This document shows, in pieces, positions 38,471 to 48,143 of a stretch of DNA of 64,000 bases. The notes below the pieces were generated by a model, which worked only from the letters and a program-made list of their open reading frames with translations, was not told the origin of the DNA and ran no database searches. The DNA lies in the IMG/VR virus record IMGVR_UViG_3300050821_005065, positions 8,158 to 72,157 of that record; one strand, 5' to 3'. Every line of letters starts with the position of its first letter. The stretch's first letter is position 1. This DNA is from a virus. Position numbers and translations under genes: made by a program.

Positions 38471-40095
38471 CGTCGCCGTACCCGCCTCTCCAGCTTCCAC
38501 CAGAAAATATCGAGCCGATCTGGTGGCCTATCAATTCTGCCCAGCAAGCCTACCTTAATTGCAAAGCCCAAATCGCAGAATTCGGCGGAGAATCTGGAGG
38601 AGGAAAAACCCAGGTACTCGTGGCCGATGCGATGCAGGAACGGGATAACCCCCGGCTGCGCGGCCTTCTTCTTCGTACCACCCTAGAGGAGATGGCCGAA
38701 CTGGAGGACATTCAGCAGAAAGTCTACGAACCTTTGGGGGCGCGGTGGACCCGTAAGCGCTCGATCGCAGCTTGGCGCTTCCCCTCTGGAGCCACCATTC
38801 GGCCGGGCTACCTCGCGCACGACAAGCACCTAAAACGCTATCAAGGCAACCCGTACACATGGCTGGGCATTGATGAAAGCGGGCAGCACCCGGAAAGCCG
38901 AATCCGGTTCATGTTGGCATGGCTGACTGCTCCAAAAGACTCTGGCCTGTTCGCGCGAGCTCGCTTCACCTCCAACCCTGGCGGGGAAGGCCACGGCTGG
39001 CAAATGAAAGTCTTCCTGCGAAACCGCTGCCCGGTTCACTATCCAGCCACATATGCCGACGACAAGCCACTCGAAACCAGTGTCTATCCAGGGAGAGTCT
39101 ACCGCGGTGCCACTTGGACCGATGATTCGTTCGTTCACAAAACCACAGCCTTCATCCCGGCTGGCTTGGCCGATAATCCGCTCTATGGAGAGGACAAGCT
39201 CGCCAGCCTCTTAACTCAGTCGAAGGCCATCCAACAGCAACTACTCTACGGCTGCTGGTGCAACGCTGCAGGACTTTACTTCGATTTCATGCGGCCGGAT
39301 ATGGTCGTACCGTATGCCTCAATTGGAGACTCCTGGTGGTGGCAGCATTTTTGGTCGATTGATTATGGATTCGGAAACTCGGCGGCCGCTGCCGGCATGT
39401 ACGCGATTAACCCCAACGGAGTCGTATTCAAAACTCGTGAGCGGATTGAACGCAAGATGGCCGCGCTGAAGTTCGCAAAATGCCTCTGTAAAGATGGCTT
39501 CTCCGCAGTGGATTATCCCCAGCAAGGCCCGCAAGAAAACTGGCTGAAGAAACTAAAAGCGCGAGATCCAGAAAATCCCCGCATGAGCTTTGTGGTGATG
39601 GACGAAGCGATGGACCAGCACCGCGGCACAGGAAAAAGCATTTACGGAGTGATGTCGGAAGTCTTCGCAGAATACGGGCTTGGCTCGATGAAAGCCGCGC
39701 ACGATCCTGCGGGCAACGCCCAAGTGCTTTACAACGGGCTTGCGAATAAGTTCTGTGTGCTCACGCGCGACTCCGCCGATCTGCCCCTTAGTTACCGCTC
39801 GATCTCCAGCCGAATCGTCGATGAGCGGAAGGCCGTCAAGAAGATCCACGGAGCGTGGGAAGATGACAGTTACGACGAAACCTCTTACGCTTACAACACT
39901 TGGCGCCAGAACAGCGAGAAGCCGGCGCGCACCGCCCTACAGGAAGAATTAGCCGATCTGAGAAAACAAGGGCTGGATGAAACCTCACTCGCCCGAATCG
40001 CTTGGACCCGAGAGAAGGCCATCAAAGAGAAAGAACAAGAATCGTCCAAGGGGATCAGGCTTTCCCGGTCTCTCTCCCCTCCAAGGAAACGTTAG
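38467..40095 (+). CDS. terL: Terminase large subunit
   Basis: Q motif, Walker A GGESGGGKT, Walker B WLGIDE, TSNPGG coupling motif, RNase H-like IDYGF and DDSYDE. Confidence 0.93.
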   Translation: MTSPYPPLQLPPENIEPIWWPINSAQQAYLNCKAQIAEFGGESGGGKTQVLVADAMQERDNPRLRGLLLRTTLEEMAELEDIQQKVYEPLGARWTRKRSIAAWRFPSGATIRPGYLAHDKHLKRYQGNPYTWLGIDESGQHPESRIRFMLAWLTAPKDSGLFARARFTSNPGGEGHGWQMKVFLRNRCPVHYPATYADDKPLETSVYPGRVYRGATWTDDSFVHKTTAFIPAGLADNPLYGEDKLASLLTQSKAIQQQLLYGCWCNAAGLYFDFMRPDMVVPYASIGDSWWWQHFWSIDYGFGNSAAAAGMYAINPNGVVFKTRERIERKMAALKFAKCLCKDGFSAVDYPQQGPQENWLKKLKARDPENPRMSFVVMDEAMDQHRGTGKSIYGVMSEVFAEYGLGSMKAAHDPAGNAQVLYNGLANKFCVLTRDSADLPLSYRSISSRIVDERKAVKKIHGAWEDDSYDETSYAYNTWRQNSEKPARTALQEELADLRKQGLDETSLARIAWTREKAIKEKEQESSKGIRLSRSLSPPRKR

Positions 40096-40298
40096 TCCTT
40101 TCCCGGCACTGGCTCTCGCTGCGAGGAGTATTTCATGCATCTGGCGCAGGCTCCCGCAGGCACAGTGTATCTATTGGCGCTGCCAGCCATTCCGAATCGT
40201 AGGCCGCAGGCTGTATTGTAATAGCCGTTGCTCTGGCTAACTTCTTTGTGCCACAACTGCGGCCCTTCCCACGCTAGAAGTCTACGCATTCGCCACAT
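40092..40298 (-). CDS. Small Cys-containing hypothetical protein
   Basis: TACG...CARC; end of the minus-strand arm. Confidence 0.45.
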   Translation of the reverse strand: MWRMRRLLAWEGPQLWHKEVSQSNGYYNTACGLRFGMAGSANRYTVPAGACARCMKYSSQREPVPGKD

Positions 40299-41387
40299 CT
40301 ACTTTTTCTCCTCCGGTGCGGCTGTCGAAGACACGGCTTCCACGTTGCATCCGTGATTATAACGATGCGACTCCGCCACGCTTGCACCACACTTAGCGCA
40401 GGTAAAGCGCGGATCGGTCGAAGACACGGCTTCCGAAGGTTGAGCGGCCTCGGCTGCGTGCTTGCAATCAGTACAGCTACATATAGCCTCGCAATATTTG
40501 CAGACCTTACGGCATAACTCATGCTTGCCGTGTAGGCAGGCGGTTGAAAGGTAGCTATGCAAGCCAATCTTAACCATTGCTAGTGCGGCTTCCGAAGGAA
40601 TGGGAGATTCGGCCACGAAATCATGCGTAGGTCCGCCGAATAACTTGCTGTGCTCACGCGCCTTCTCGGGCTTTTTACACTTGGCACAGATCGGCGTGGC
40701 TGCGGGAGATAGTACGCTACCAACCACTTGCATGACCGCTGCAACTGATTCTCGATCCAGCCCTTTCGCCGCTTCAGATAGCTGATCGTAGGGGACCATT
40801 AACTCTTCATCGGATTCACTCTTGCGCGACGTAACACCCTGTTTGACCTTAGACGCTATCCAGTTCTCGTGAACTTTGGCAGCGATGAATTCCAAGTCAG
40901 GTTTGGGAAATGGTACTGCTGAGGCTCCGCGCTCCACAGGTCCGTAGGTATTTCGCGAGAGAATGTATGCAGCCAGCTCTGATACTCTGCGCCACAACAG
41001 ATGTCCACCTACAAGCAGCCCATTTGTTGTATAGAACTCAGTGACCCAATCTTCAATCTGCTCGGGCGTGGGTGCGGCTTGTTCCCGGCTAATCCACTCA
41101 ACCACCTTACTCTCCGCATCTTCACAGGCTTTATCCATTCCATGCATTGATACATAATGACCGCCATCGCGATGGATCACAGCAAGAAGGTTAAGCAAGA
41201 GATGATGCTCGTCTGTATGGGGGGCTTGTTCCCGGCTGGCGGCGTCCAAATGTTCCTGAAGCTCAATTGCCTTGTGCCTCCACCAAGCAGCTGAGTATCC
41301 GTAGGGAACCTCAGCTTGTAATCGCGCGATGTCCAATCTCTCTTCCGCCGTTTGCGCGGCTCCCTTGGCTTGCGACGAGTTGCCCAC
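40299..41387 (-). CDS. Mosaic multidomain protein with RyR domain and zinc-finger modules
   Basis: AAKVHENW...LMVPYDQLSEAAKGLDR RyR-repeat motif; LLAVIHRDGGHY; several CxxC modules; GGAGG RBS. Confidence 0.7.
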   Translation of the reverse strand: MGNSSQAKGAAQTAEERLDIARLQAEVPYGYSAAWWRHKAIELQEHLDAASREQAPHTDEHHLLLNLLAVIHRDGGHYVSMHGMDKACEDAESKVVEWISREQAAPTPEQIEDWVTEFYTTNGLLVGGHLLWRRVSELAAYILSRNTYGPVERGASAVPFPKPDLEFIAAKVHENWIASKVKQGVTSRKSESDEELMVPYDQLSEAAKGLDRESVAAVMQVVGSVLSPAATPICAKCKKPEKAREHSKLFGGPTHDFVAESPIPSEAALAMVKIGLHSYLSTACLHGKHELCRKVCKYCEAICSCTDCKHAAEAAQPSEAVSSTDPRFTCAKCGASVAESHRYNHGCNVEAVSSTAAPEEKK

Positions 41388-41633
41388 TTACCCCTCCTTG
41401 GACAGCGCCCGAATCGCCGCCGCCACAGTTGGCCCGTCCGTCTTGTCGAAGTCGAAGGCCAGTTTTGCCGCTTCCTCATATCCCAGCGCCCGCCCCGTAG
41501 ACATATGTTCTCGGCGCTCCGTGCATCGTTTACAGTTCTCGTCGAAGCCCTCCGAGTGGCCCACCTTTAAACTTCCCTGCCATCGAATCATTGGCATTCC
41601 ACAATACGCCAGCTTTTCCAGTTCAGTCGCCAT
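41388..41633 (-). CDS. Hypothetical protein
   Basis: Tightly packed in the minus-strand operon. Confidence 0.55.
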   Translation of the reverse strand: MATELEKLAYCGMPMIRWQGSLKVGHSEGFDENCKRCTERREHMSTGRALGYEEAAKLAFDFDKTDGPTVAAAIRALSKEG

Positions 41634-41964
41634 TCTTCACCGCCTTGGGTGGCTCGTTCGCCTGGTACACAATCTTCCAAATCTTCATAAGCGCCTCGCT
41701 CTCGTCGATTGTCGCATTCTCGCCAGCGCCCGCTTCGCATAATCCCCAAATCTCGTTGATTCGAGCTTGTCCCTGCGACAGGCCAAGGGTGTAAGCGGCC
41801 TTAAATACGTCTTCCTCCGTAATCGGTGACTTCCCATAGCAGGGACACTGTTCATCGTGCTCTTGTCCGACAAGATAGCCGTCGCAGCCGCGCATGAATC
41901 CTATACAAGTCGGCTGCTCGGCCTTCCACTCCCAATACTTGTTGCTCAGGGTAGGGTCAGTCAT
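41623..41964 (-). CDS. Hypothetical protein
   Basis: MTDPTLSNK...; overlaps its neighbours. Confidence 0.55.
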   Translation of the reverse strand: MTDPTLSNKYWEWKAEQPTCIGFMRGCDGYLVGQEHDEQCPCYGKSPITEEDVFKAAYTLGLSQGQARINEIWGLCEAGAGENATIDESEALMKIWKIVYQANEPPKAVKNGD

Positions 41965-42179
41965 CGCTTCACCGGAAGGAATGCCATATTGCGCATTTTG
42001 TGCATCCAAGCAAAAACTTCAGGATCAGACAATAAACTCTTAATAGTAGCTGCATCTTCCTTGTGCCCACGAGCCGCGTTTGGTGTATCATCTGTCAGTT
42101 CATCCGCGTGAATCGCGATGCTGCCCAGCTTGACTAACAACGTAACGCTCGGCTTCATCGGGTCGGTAGGGTTATCCAC
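41961..42179 (-). CDS. Hypothetical protein
   Basis: GGAGG RBS before GTG 42179; LLVKLGSIAIHADE. Confidence 0.55.
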   Translation of the reverse strand: MDNPTDPMKPSVTLLVKLGSIAIHADELTDDTPNAARGHKEDAATIKSLLSDPEVFAWMHKMRNMAFLPVKR

Positions 42180-42348
42180 GGTTAGCCTCCCACTCGTACA
42201 CTGTGAATCCAAACGCCTCGCCGATGATATGTTGCCTGCCCGCCTTGGAAGCTGCTTCGTGCGAGTCAAACAGGCAGATATCTTCCTCTAAGTCGATCAG
42301 CGGAAGCGGGAATCCTCCCTGGCTTCGCAACATCACAAAGTAAGCCAT
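42172..42348 (-). CDS. Small hypothetical protein (58 aa, MAYFVMLRSQ...)
   Basis: Read manually; fills the gap. Confidence 0.5.
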   Translation of the reverse strand: MAYFVMLRSQGGFPLPLIDLEEDICLFDSHEAASKAGRQHIIGEAFGFTVYEWEANRG

Positions 42349-42351
42349 TTC

Positions 42352-42465
42352 TTATTTCTCTTTCCCGGCCAACCGTTTCAGTAACTTAACCAGTGCGTAT
42401 CCAATCAGGGCAATGACTGCAAACCCTCCGCCCATCCACCACAAGACCTGCTCAGGAGTCAGCAT
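42352..42465 (-). CDS. Small single-TM peptide
   Basis: MLTPEQVLWWMGGGFAVIALIGYALVKLLKR. Confidence 0.45.
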   Translation of the reverse strand: MLTPEQVLWWMGGGFAVIALIGYALVKLLKRLAGKEK

Positions 42466-42709
42466 CGTGTTCTTTCCCGGCAGGAGCGGAGCCGCCCAAC
42501 TCGCGGTCTCGCAGAATGTCAGCCAACTTCGCGATAAACTCCCGCCGCTTGCGAATGCCATCCACTCGCGCATCCGCTTTGAAATGCGACATGCGATCCC
42601 CGAGTAAACGAAAGGCTGTAATCTCGCGCTCCATCGTCACGATTTCCGCCTCGGTCTCAGCGATATCCTGCTTAATCTCCCCGGTCGGTATTGATTCAAC
42701 GTCGGCCAT
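42452..42709 (-). CDS. Coiled-coil hypothetical protein
   Basis: GGAGG RBS; helical. Confidence 0.55.
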   Translation of the reverse strand: MADVESIPTGEIKQDIAETEAEIVTMEREITAFRLLGDRMSHFKADARVDGIRKRREFIAKLADILRDRELGGSAPAGKEHDADS

Positions 42710-42989
42710 CTTCTTCCTCCTTTGCTACATTAGAGACAAGACACTCCCCAACGCGACATTTGGGGCATATTTCCTCTGGCAGTTTCCATCCGCTTTGGGC
42801 GAAGCGTTTATTGAGATCATCTTCGAGCAATCCTACCTCCGTTTGCCATCGTCCGCACTTAACGCAGGTAGCTTTCAACGTGGTGCCGATAACATCCAGA
42901 GCCGAGAATAGGCCGCTTCCCTTGCCGCTCAACCAGTAATTAAACTCGTCCGAGGCATCGTGCAAGACGCCGTGTTGCTGAATTCGCAT
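42696..42989 (-). CDS. Zinc-ribbon hypothetical protein
   Basis: CVKC...CPKC; AGGAG RBS. Confidence 0.55.
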   Translation of the reverse strand: MRIQQHGVLHDASDEFNYWLSGKGSGLFSALDVIGTTLKATCVKCGRWQTEVGLLEDDLNKRFAQSGWKLPEEICPKCRVGECLVSNVAKEEEDGRR

Positions 42990-43036
42990 TTCTCTCCTGC
43001 TTTCTTTGCGGGCCGATCTTTCGACCAGCCAATTTG

Positions 43037-43237
43037 TTACGTATGCAAGGTTCCTTCCAAGTTGCTCATAGGTGGCTCGTCCGCATCACTAATAGGCTGC
43101 ATCGTGTGGCACGGTTCGCACACAGCATAGTAGCGGCCTTCCCTGAGTTCTCGCGCAAGAATCATCGGCTTGCCGCATGTCGTACATTTGCAATAGAACA
43201 GGTCTACGAAATCCTGCTCCGGAATCACTTTACTCAT
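43037..43237 (-). CDS. Small zinc-ribbon protein
   Basis: CTTC...CEPC. Confidence 0.5.
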   Translation of the reverse strand: MSKVIPEQDFVDLFYCKCTTCGKPMILARELREGRYYAVCEPCHTMQPISDADEPPMSNLEGTLHT

Positions 43238-43248
43238 CTCAGCATCCC

Positions 43249-43911
43249 TCACTTGCACACGATCCGCATTCCCGTCACCGCTTCCCAAGTGTCAGGTACC
43301 GGGTGTTTCGGCATAAATGGCTGCGGGCCGTCCGGCGCAATCCAGCTTTCCTCTTCACTTCTGTGATGCACCAGCGTTTCGATGTGGCAGTGATCCGCGA
43401 TGGCCTGCCAGTCAAAACCGTGTCCTACACCTAAAGGTTTATCGAGATTTAAGCTCCCCGGTGGATCGCCAATGACAGCATCATCCGGCACACACAGCGG
43501 CTTACACTCCCGTGCGGTATCTGAGTTGTTCACGCAGGCGACAGGGTATGCGCTCGATCCCTTTGGACATTGCCATATATCTTTAATCCAGTCCCATGTC
43601 GGCTCTGTGGACTCCAAGGGTGCGTTTGGAATAGGGATGCTGCTACCGGGTGCGGACTCCAGTTTGGGAGCGGCTGGTTCAATCGTTACAGTCGCTTTAG
43701 TCGGCAGCACGAGCGGTTCCATCCACATTACCCGCTGGCCCTGACGGCTTCCCGAGCAAATGACCTCATCCTGCGGAGTTAGTATGCAGTTTTGTCCCGA
43801 TACTTTCTGTTCGGTCGCGTAAATCGGCATCGTTACCGTGACAGTCGGAACTTTATCTGTCTGCCCCATCGCCACTACCACAGAAAGGAATAGGAAGTAG
43901 AACGGTTTCAT
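43249..43911 (-). CDS. Exported Cys-rich protein
   Basis: Signal MKPFYFLFLSVVVAMG|Q; 8 Cys. Confidence 0.65.
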   Translation of the reverse strand: MKPFYFLFLSVVVAMGQTDKVPTVTVTMPIYATEQKVSGQNCILTPQDEVICSGSRQGQRVMWMEPLVLPTKATVTIEPAAPKLESAPGSSIPIPNAPLESTEPTWDWIKDIWQCPKGSSAYPVACVNNSDTARECKPLCVPDDAVIGDPPGSLNLDKPLGVGHGFDWQAIADHCHIETLVHHRSEEESWIAPDGPQPFMPKHPVPDTWEAVTGMRIVCK

Positions 43912-44264
43912 GGCTTCACCTCGTTAAGACATTTCTCAGCGGCAGCTTCGGCAGCTCTCTGGCTATACGCCGAATCGTTAAAGCTGCAATCCCCCCAATC
44001 GCTACGCGGCTTTTCATATTCGATATAAAACCACGGAGCGTGGCCGTCGCTGGTTGGACCCGTGAGATAGCCCTCATATCGGGCATAGACTTCTCCGGTT
44101 CCATCAATCAAGAATCCGCGGGATTCGCGCCACGGTTTGCCTTCCCTGTCACTCAGGCTAACGGCAACCTGCCTGATCCAATAGGGATGACTCGCCGTAA
44201 CTGTGCACGGCTTTCCGCATCCGATCATCCCCGCCAGCAACACGGATAACAAGGCATGTTTCAT
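43908..44264 (-). CDS. Putative lipoprotein
   Basis: MKHALLSVLLAGMIG|C lipobox. Confidence 0.65.
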   Translation of the reverse strand: MKHALLSVLLAGMIGCGKPCTVTASHPYWIRQVAVSLSDREGKPWRESRGFLIDGTGEVYARYEGYLTGPTSDGHAPWFYIEYEKPRSDWGDCSFNDSAYSQRAAEAAAEKCLNEVKP

Positions 44265-44268
44265 AGAG

Positions 44269-44652
44269 TTACCTTCCGAATTTCCATTCGTTCCACTTGT
44301 TCACGAGATGCTGCTTCGCCGCCGCAGTCCTGAGTTTGGCGAGGCACCCCGTGGTCATAACCGGGAACATGTTGTCCTGAATATCTTCCCACATATTTCC
44401 AATCATGCGGCCGTCGCACGAAAAGGCGATACCGATCTCGGCGCAGATAAGGCATACGCTCATCCGGCTCCAACTGCCATCGTAGAGCATAGACGTGCGC
44501 TCATACTGCTCTCCCGGCTTGATCTCTTTATCGCACTCTTCGCAGGTGTGAGACTTCCTCGCCTTAACAATTGCGGAGTCAAAAACGTCGGCATATTCGC
44601 CGTAATCCCCGCCGATACAAACTCCGCAATCACCCGTCGCCATACCCTCCAT
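44269..44652 (-). CDS. Zinc-binding phage protein
   Basis: KARKSHTCEECDKEIKPGEQYE...CLIC pattern common in small phage proteins. Confidence 0.7.
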   Translation of the reverse strand: MEGMATGDCGVCIGGDYGEYADVFDSAIVKARKSHTCEECDKEIKPGEQYERTSMLYDGSWSRMSVCLICAEIGIAFSCDGRMIGNMWEDIQDNMFPVMTTGCLAKLRTAAAKQHLVNKWNEWKFGR

Positions 44653-44698
44653 AACTAACCTCCGTTTCTGACCGCCAGCAACAACGCAAGGGCGTACC

Positions 44699-45739
44699 TC
44701 ACGGCTTCACTCCTAGATTCTCCGGTCTGTAATTCGCGGCCTCCCATTGCTGCCACGACACGCCTTGCGGCCATTTCTTACTAGGCTTGTCATATGCGCC
44801 GATTACCCAACGCTGAAACCCGACAGTCTCTCGCGTTCGCACATAGGGCATCGGGTAGGGCCGCGCACCAAACTCTCGCAACCGCCTTCGCCTATAGTCG
44901 CAATCCTGCATTGTCTCTCCCGACCAGTAACCGATGATCACATAGACCATGATATTGTCGGGCTTTACTCCGTACTTCACGAGCCGCGCCAACCCTAAGA
45001 ACAAGCGTTCCTCGTCTTTCCTATTGTCCCAAGCGGTATAAATGCGCTTGCGGTCCATTGTGTCGTTCCGGTAGTTGACGGATGCAATTGCTTCTGCCGC
45101 TTCTTCCGTGAGACATCTCGCATTGATGCCCTGATTGAAGCTAACCTTGAAATTGCCGTCTTGTAGTTCCTTGATTCGCGCACGCCATTCAGGCTGTCCG
45201 AAAAAGTCGTTATCTAGCAGCAGCACTTCACGAGGCCATGGATCGCCACGCCAGATTTCATGGATTGTCCCTACCGCCCGAACTTTGCCTTCCTTCTGTG
45301 GAACACAACAATACGGGCAGGTATCCGAAGTCATCCGGCAACCGCGTTGTGTAAATCCTATCGACTGCCGATAGTAAGGCCAGAGAGAATAATCGCACTC
45401 ATTGGTCACAATTCCATGCTTCTCTAGGGCCGTTACCTCGCTCTGGATCGCTGGACTTAGCGGAACGATCTCGGTAGGACGTGCCGGATCAACCCCAGTC
45501 CCGCCGACTACTGCATCTGGATACATCCGCAAAAACGTCTCCGCGAGTGGCAACGTTCGACGAAATAGGATCGACGCATAAACGCACTCGTGATTGTCTC
45601 CGAATCGAGGAGCGCAGGCATCCGCATTCCCGGCGATCCGTAACTCGACCTCATCTCCTAAAGCTTTGTGATGCGCTGCGATCCGCATCAAGGCTAAGTT
45701 GGGGATCTTACCGTCGAGTTGAAATAACAAAACTCTCAT
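44699..45739 (-). CDS. Radical SAM protein
   Basis: DGKIPNLALMRI N-terminus; GFTQRGC.{6}CPYC, VPQKEG, LLDNDFF, FNQGINAR, VYVIIGY, PYPMPY. Confidence 0.85.
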   Translation of the reverse strand: MRVLLFQLDGKIPNLALMRIAAHHKALGDEVELRIAGNADACAPRFGDNHECVYASILFRRTLPLAETFLRMYPDAVVGGTGVDPARPTEIVPLSPAIQSEVTALEKHGIVTNECDYSLWPYYRQSIGFTQRGCRMTSDTCPYCCVPQKEGKVRAVGTIHEIWRGDPWPREVLLLDNDFFGQPEWRARIKELQDGNFKVSFNQGINARCLTEEAAEAIASVNYRNDTMDRKRIYTAWDNRKDEERLFLGLARLVKYGVKPDNIMVYVIIGYWSGETMQDCDYRRRRLREFGARPYPMPYVRTRETVGFQRWVIGAYDKPSKKWPQGVSWQQWEAANYRPENLGVKP

Positions 45740-45944
45740 TTCTTCCTTTCCGCCAGCAACCCTACGGTTTAACCGTTAATAGAATCCAAACCGCGCCCGC
45801 ACTCAGGATGGCTGAGGTTAGATTTATCGCTGCCTGCCATCGTCGCTTCTGAATGTGCCTCACGCCAACAGCAAGGTTCAGAACGCATGCGAAGATATTC
45901 ACGGCCAACACCAGTGCGAATCCAGTAGATAGACTCGTCGAACC

Positions 45945-46283
45945 TCAGTCTGTAACGACGCGATAGAATCCGCTTCCACCGCCGAAGTATCCAGCCTTCG
46001 CAATCGGCGGCCACTGCGGACGCAGGCTTTGAAACAGGTCTATCTGCGTATCGTATTCGTGTTGATCCGAGAAGGCGATGACGCGAAACGGCTGGCCTAC
46101 CGGATATTCCCAAAGGTCGGTAACTGTTTCGCCAAGCTGCATTGGTTCGCACCCTGCCTTGGTTCCCAGCACAAGATAGCCTTGCTGAGCGATGACCTCG
46201 TTCCATAACTCCTTCATCTCGTCTAGTGATGGCCTGCGAGACATCTCCTCCCGGATAAACGACTTTAAGCTTCGCCTTCGCAT
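45945..46283 (-). CDS. Hypothetical protein
   Basis: ORF in the minus-strand operon. Confidence 0.5.
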   Translation of the reverse strand: MRRRSLKSFIREEMSRRPSLDEMKELWNEVIAQQGYLVLGTKAGCEPMQLGETVTDLWEYPVGQPFRVIAFSDQHEYDTQIDLFQSLRPQWPPIAKAGYFGGGSGFYRVVTD

Positions 46284-46337
46284 CGCTCACCATCTCCTCA
46301 GTCTGAGTCTTTGCTCTTATCCAGATACCCTCATGGC

Positions 46338-47006
46338 TCACACCCGCGCCAGCTTCTCTTTGCGAGGAAACCATTTTGCGGGTACTCCGGGAGGAATCTG
46401 CCTCATCCTGTCTGGAGTAAGGCGGTAGCGTTCGGCTTCTTTGGGATCAACCATTTCTCCGTTGCCGTAGAACACTACGTCGCATCGTTCATGCAGGCGT
46501 TCCTTGTGACACGCTCCAGTATCGCAGGTTCCGCATGAGCGCCCGAAGGCCCATTGATGAAAACAAATTTCCTTACCGCAGCACATGCAATGAAACGGCG
46601 GCGTAAAGTTCCAGCCCTTGTAATCGCGAAAGCAAATATCCACCGGAGCGGGCGCATGAACGGTGCCGAAAGAACACAATCGGCAGGACGGATGCTCGGC
46701 TGTCGGAGCATGGTAGCCGTGGCAGTCGAGGCAATAGGGAAGCCGTTCGCCGTCAGCGCATTGATTTTTCCAGCCGTTCCGTTCGCGCATGGCATCGAAT
46801 CTGGCCTTGCGCTGTAAACACTCCTCGACGATGATTCTGTACTTCTCCGCGTCGGCAAGTTCGTCTACGGTAATATGGAACCCGACGCAGCCCCAACCGC
46901 CACGGCCACATCCGTAACCGTGCAATGCGTCCATATTGGGAAATCCAACCTCCGGCACCAAGCTATCGCCGCAAGATGGGCATTTAATTTCTGGAAACTT
47001 CGCCAT
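46338..47006 (-). CDS. Cys-rich multi-zinc-finger protein
   Basis: Multiple CxxC motifs; GGGAG RBS. Confidence 0.65.
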   Translation of the reverse strand: MAKFPEIKCPSCGDSLVPEVGFPNMDALHGYGCGRGGWGCVGFHITVDELADAEKYRIIVEECLQRKARFDAMRERNGWKNQCADGERLPYCLDCHGYHAPTAEHPSCRLCSFGTVHAPAPVDICFRDYKGWNFTPPFHCMCCGKEICFHQWAFGRSCGTCDTGACHKERLHERCDVVFYGNGEMVDPKEAERYRLTPDRMRQIPPGVPAKWFPRKEKLARV

Positions 47007-47050
47007 TTTCGCTTCCTCCCTTTCTTATCTCGTGGCACACAGCAGAACCT

Positions 47051-47302
47051 TCAGGGCTTCACAACTTTCCAATCTCGACACGAAAGCGTCCAGTTGCCCT
47101 CAAGCGGCGATTCTTCCGGCTTACCATTGTGCGAAATTGTCTTTGCCATGATGTTCCGTTCTCCGATGGCCGTCAGTTCAATGACGGTAGGCCCGTAACC
47201 TTCGTCGCCGACCAAGCGCGTACCCACTTTCCAACCGTTGTTCCGGCATACATCCGCGTCCGAATACTCTCCCGGTTTCTGATAAGTCCATTTCATAGAC
47301 AT
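47051..47302 (-). CDS. Hypothetical phage protein
   Basis: CRNNGWKVGTRLVGDEGYGPTVIELTAIGE. Confidence 0.65.
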   Translation of the reverse strand: MSMKWTYQKPGEYSDADVCRNNGWKVGTRLVGDEGYGPTVIELTAIGERNIMAKTISHNGKPEESPLEGNWTLSCRDWKVVKP

Positions 47303-47362
47303 ACGTTTTAACCCTCACTCCTAACCGCCCTGTCACGGCGGCAGGATCAGGATTAAACCCGA

Positions 47363-48085
47363 CTACCCTCCAAACTTCGCTTTTCCAACCGCATTCCCCA
47401 GGTTGTCGCCAGCCTTTTCAAGCGCTCCTACTACCCGGTTATGGCCCACATGGAACTGCTTTCCCTTCACTTCTGGCGCGGCTTTTGCGATAGTGTCTAC
47501 GGCATGATTCCACGTATTCTGGAAGCTCTTTGGCGTTGGAGCCGCTTGTAGTCGCGCAACCACTTCTCCGTGCTCCGTGATCGCTCCTGTCATCATTGGC
47601 GTTACGCTCCCTTTGATTACCGGAATGAGAGCCAAGAACGCATCCAAGGTGCCCGTAATAGCTTCTGCGGCGCCTTCTACCCGCGCTTGCGTATTGGCAT
47701 CCTTGATGTTTAGTGTCGGAAGAATGGTCGGCAGGTCGCCGGTAAGCGACTTGGCAACAGTTTCGATTTGTCCGATGAGCCCGGGCTGTGAGGCTGCCGG
47801 CGCTGTCTTGTATTGCGTGATGAGGGTTTGTAACTCGGCCAATCCCGCGGTAAATTTCGCTTGCCAGGTCTGAATCGCTGCCAGAGCTTCCGGTGCAACC
47901 TTGCTCCCTAGGGCTGTAAGGATCCCAACAAAGGCTGTCCCGGCCGCCCCGATCAACGGAATCAAAGCCGAAGCCGTAGCGGTCCAAATCGTCGTACACC
48001 CAGAGAGAGTTAAGCAGAAGGTTGTGATCACAAGGATCAGGAAGAGTCGATTGAGGCGGTAGTGGTGGCGTGCGAGAAAGTTCAT
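47363..48085 (-). CDS. Helical lipoprotein-like membrane protein
   Basis: AAGGAG RBS; LTLSG|C lipobox, second hydrophobic helix, amphipathic helices. Confidence 0.7.
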   Translation of the reverse strand: MNFLARHHYRLNRLFLILVITTFCLTLSGCTTIWTATASALIPLIGAAGTAFVGILTALGSKVAPEALAAIQTWQAKFTAGLAELQTLITQYKTAPAASQPGLIGQIETVAKSLTGDLPTILPTLNIKDANTQARVEGAAEAITGTLDAFLALIPVIKGSVTPMMTGAITEHGEVVARLQAAPTPKSFQNTWNHAVDTIAKAAPEVKGKQFHVGHNRVVGALEKAGDNLGNAVGKAKFGG

Positions 48086-48143
48086 AGTAGTCTCCTTTGA
48101 AAAAGTGTGAGGGATGGCCGCCGGTTAAGACGGCCACTCCGGG

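Noticed and set aside
48101-48140. Hairpin TGGCCG/CGGCCA between minus-strand genes
   Set aside because: Short stem separated from the T run; at best an ordinary terminator or stabilising hairpin.
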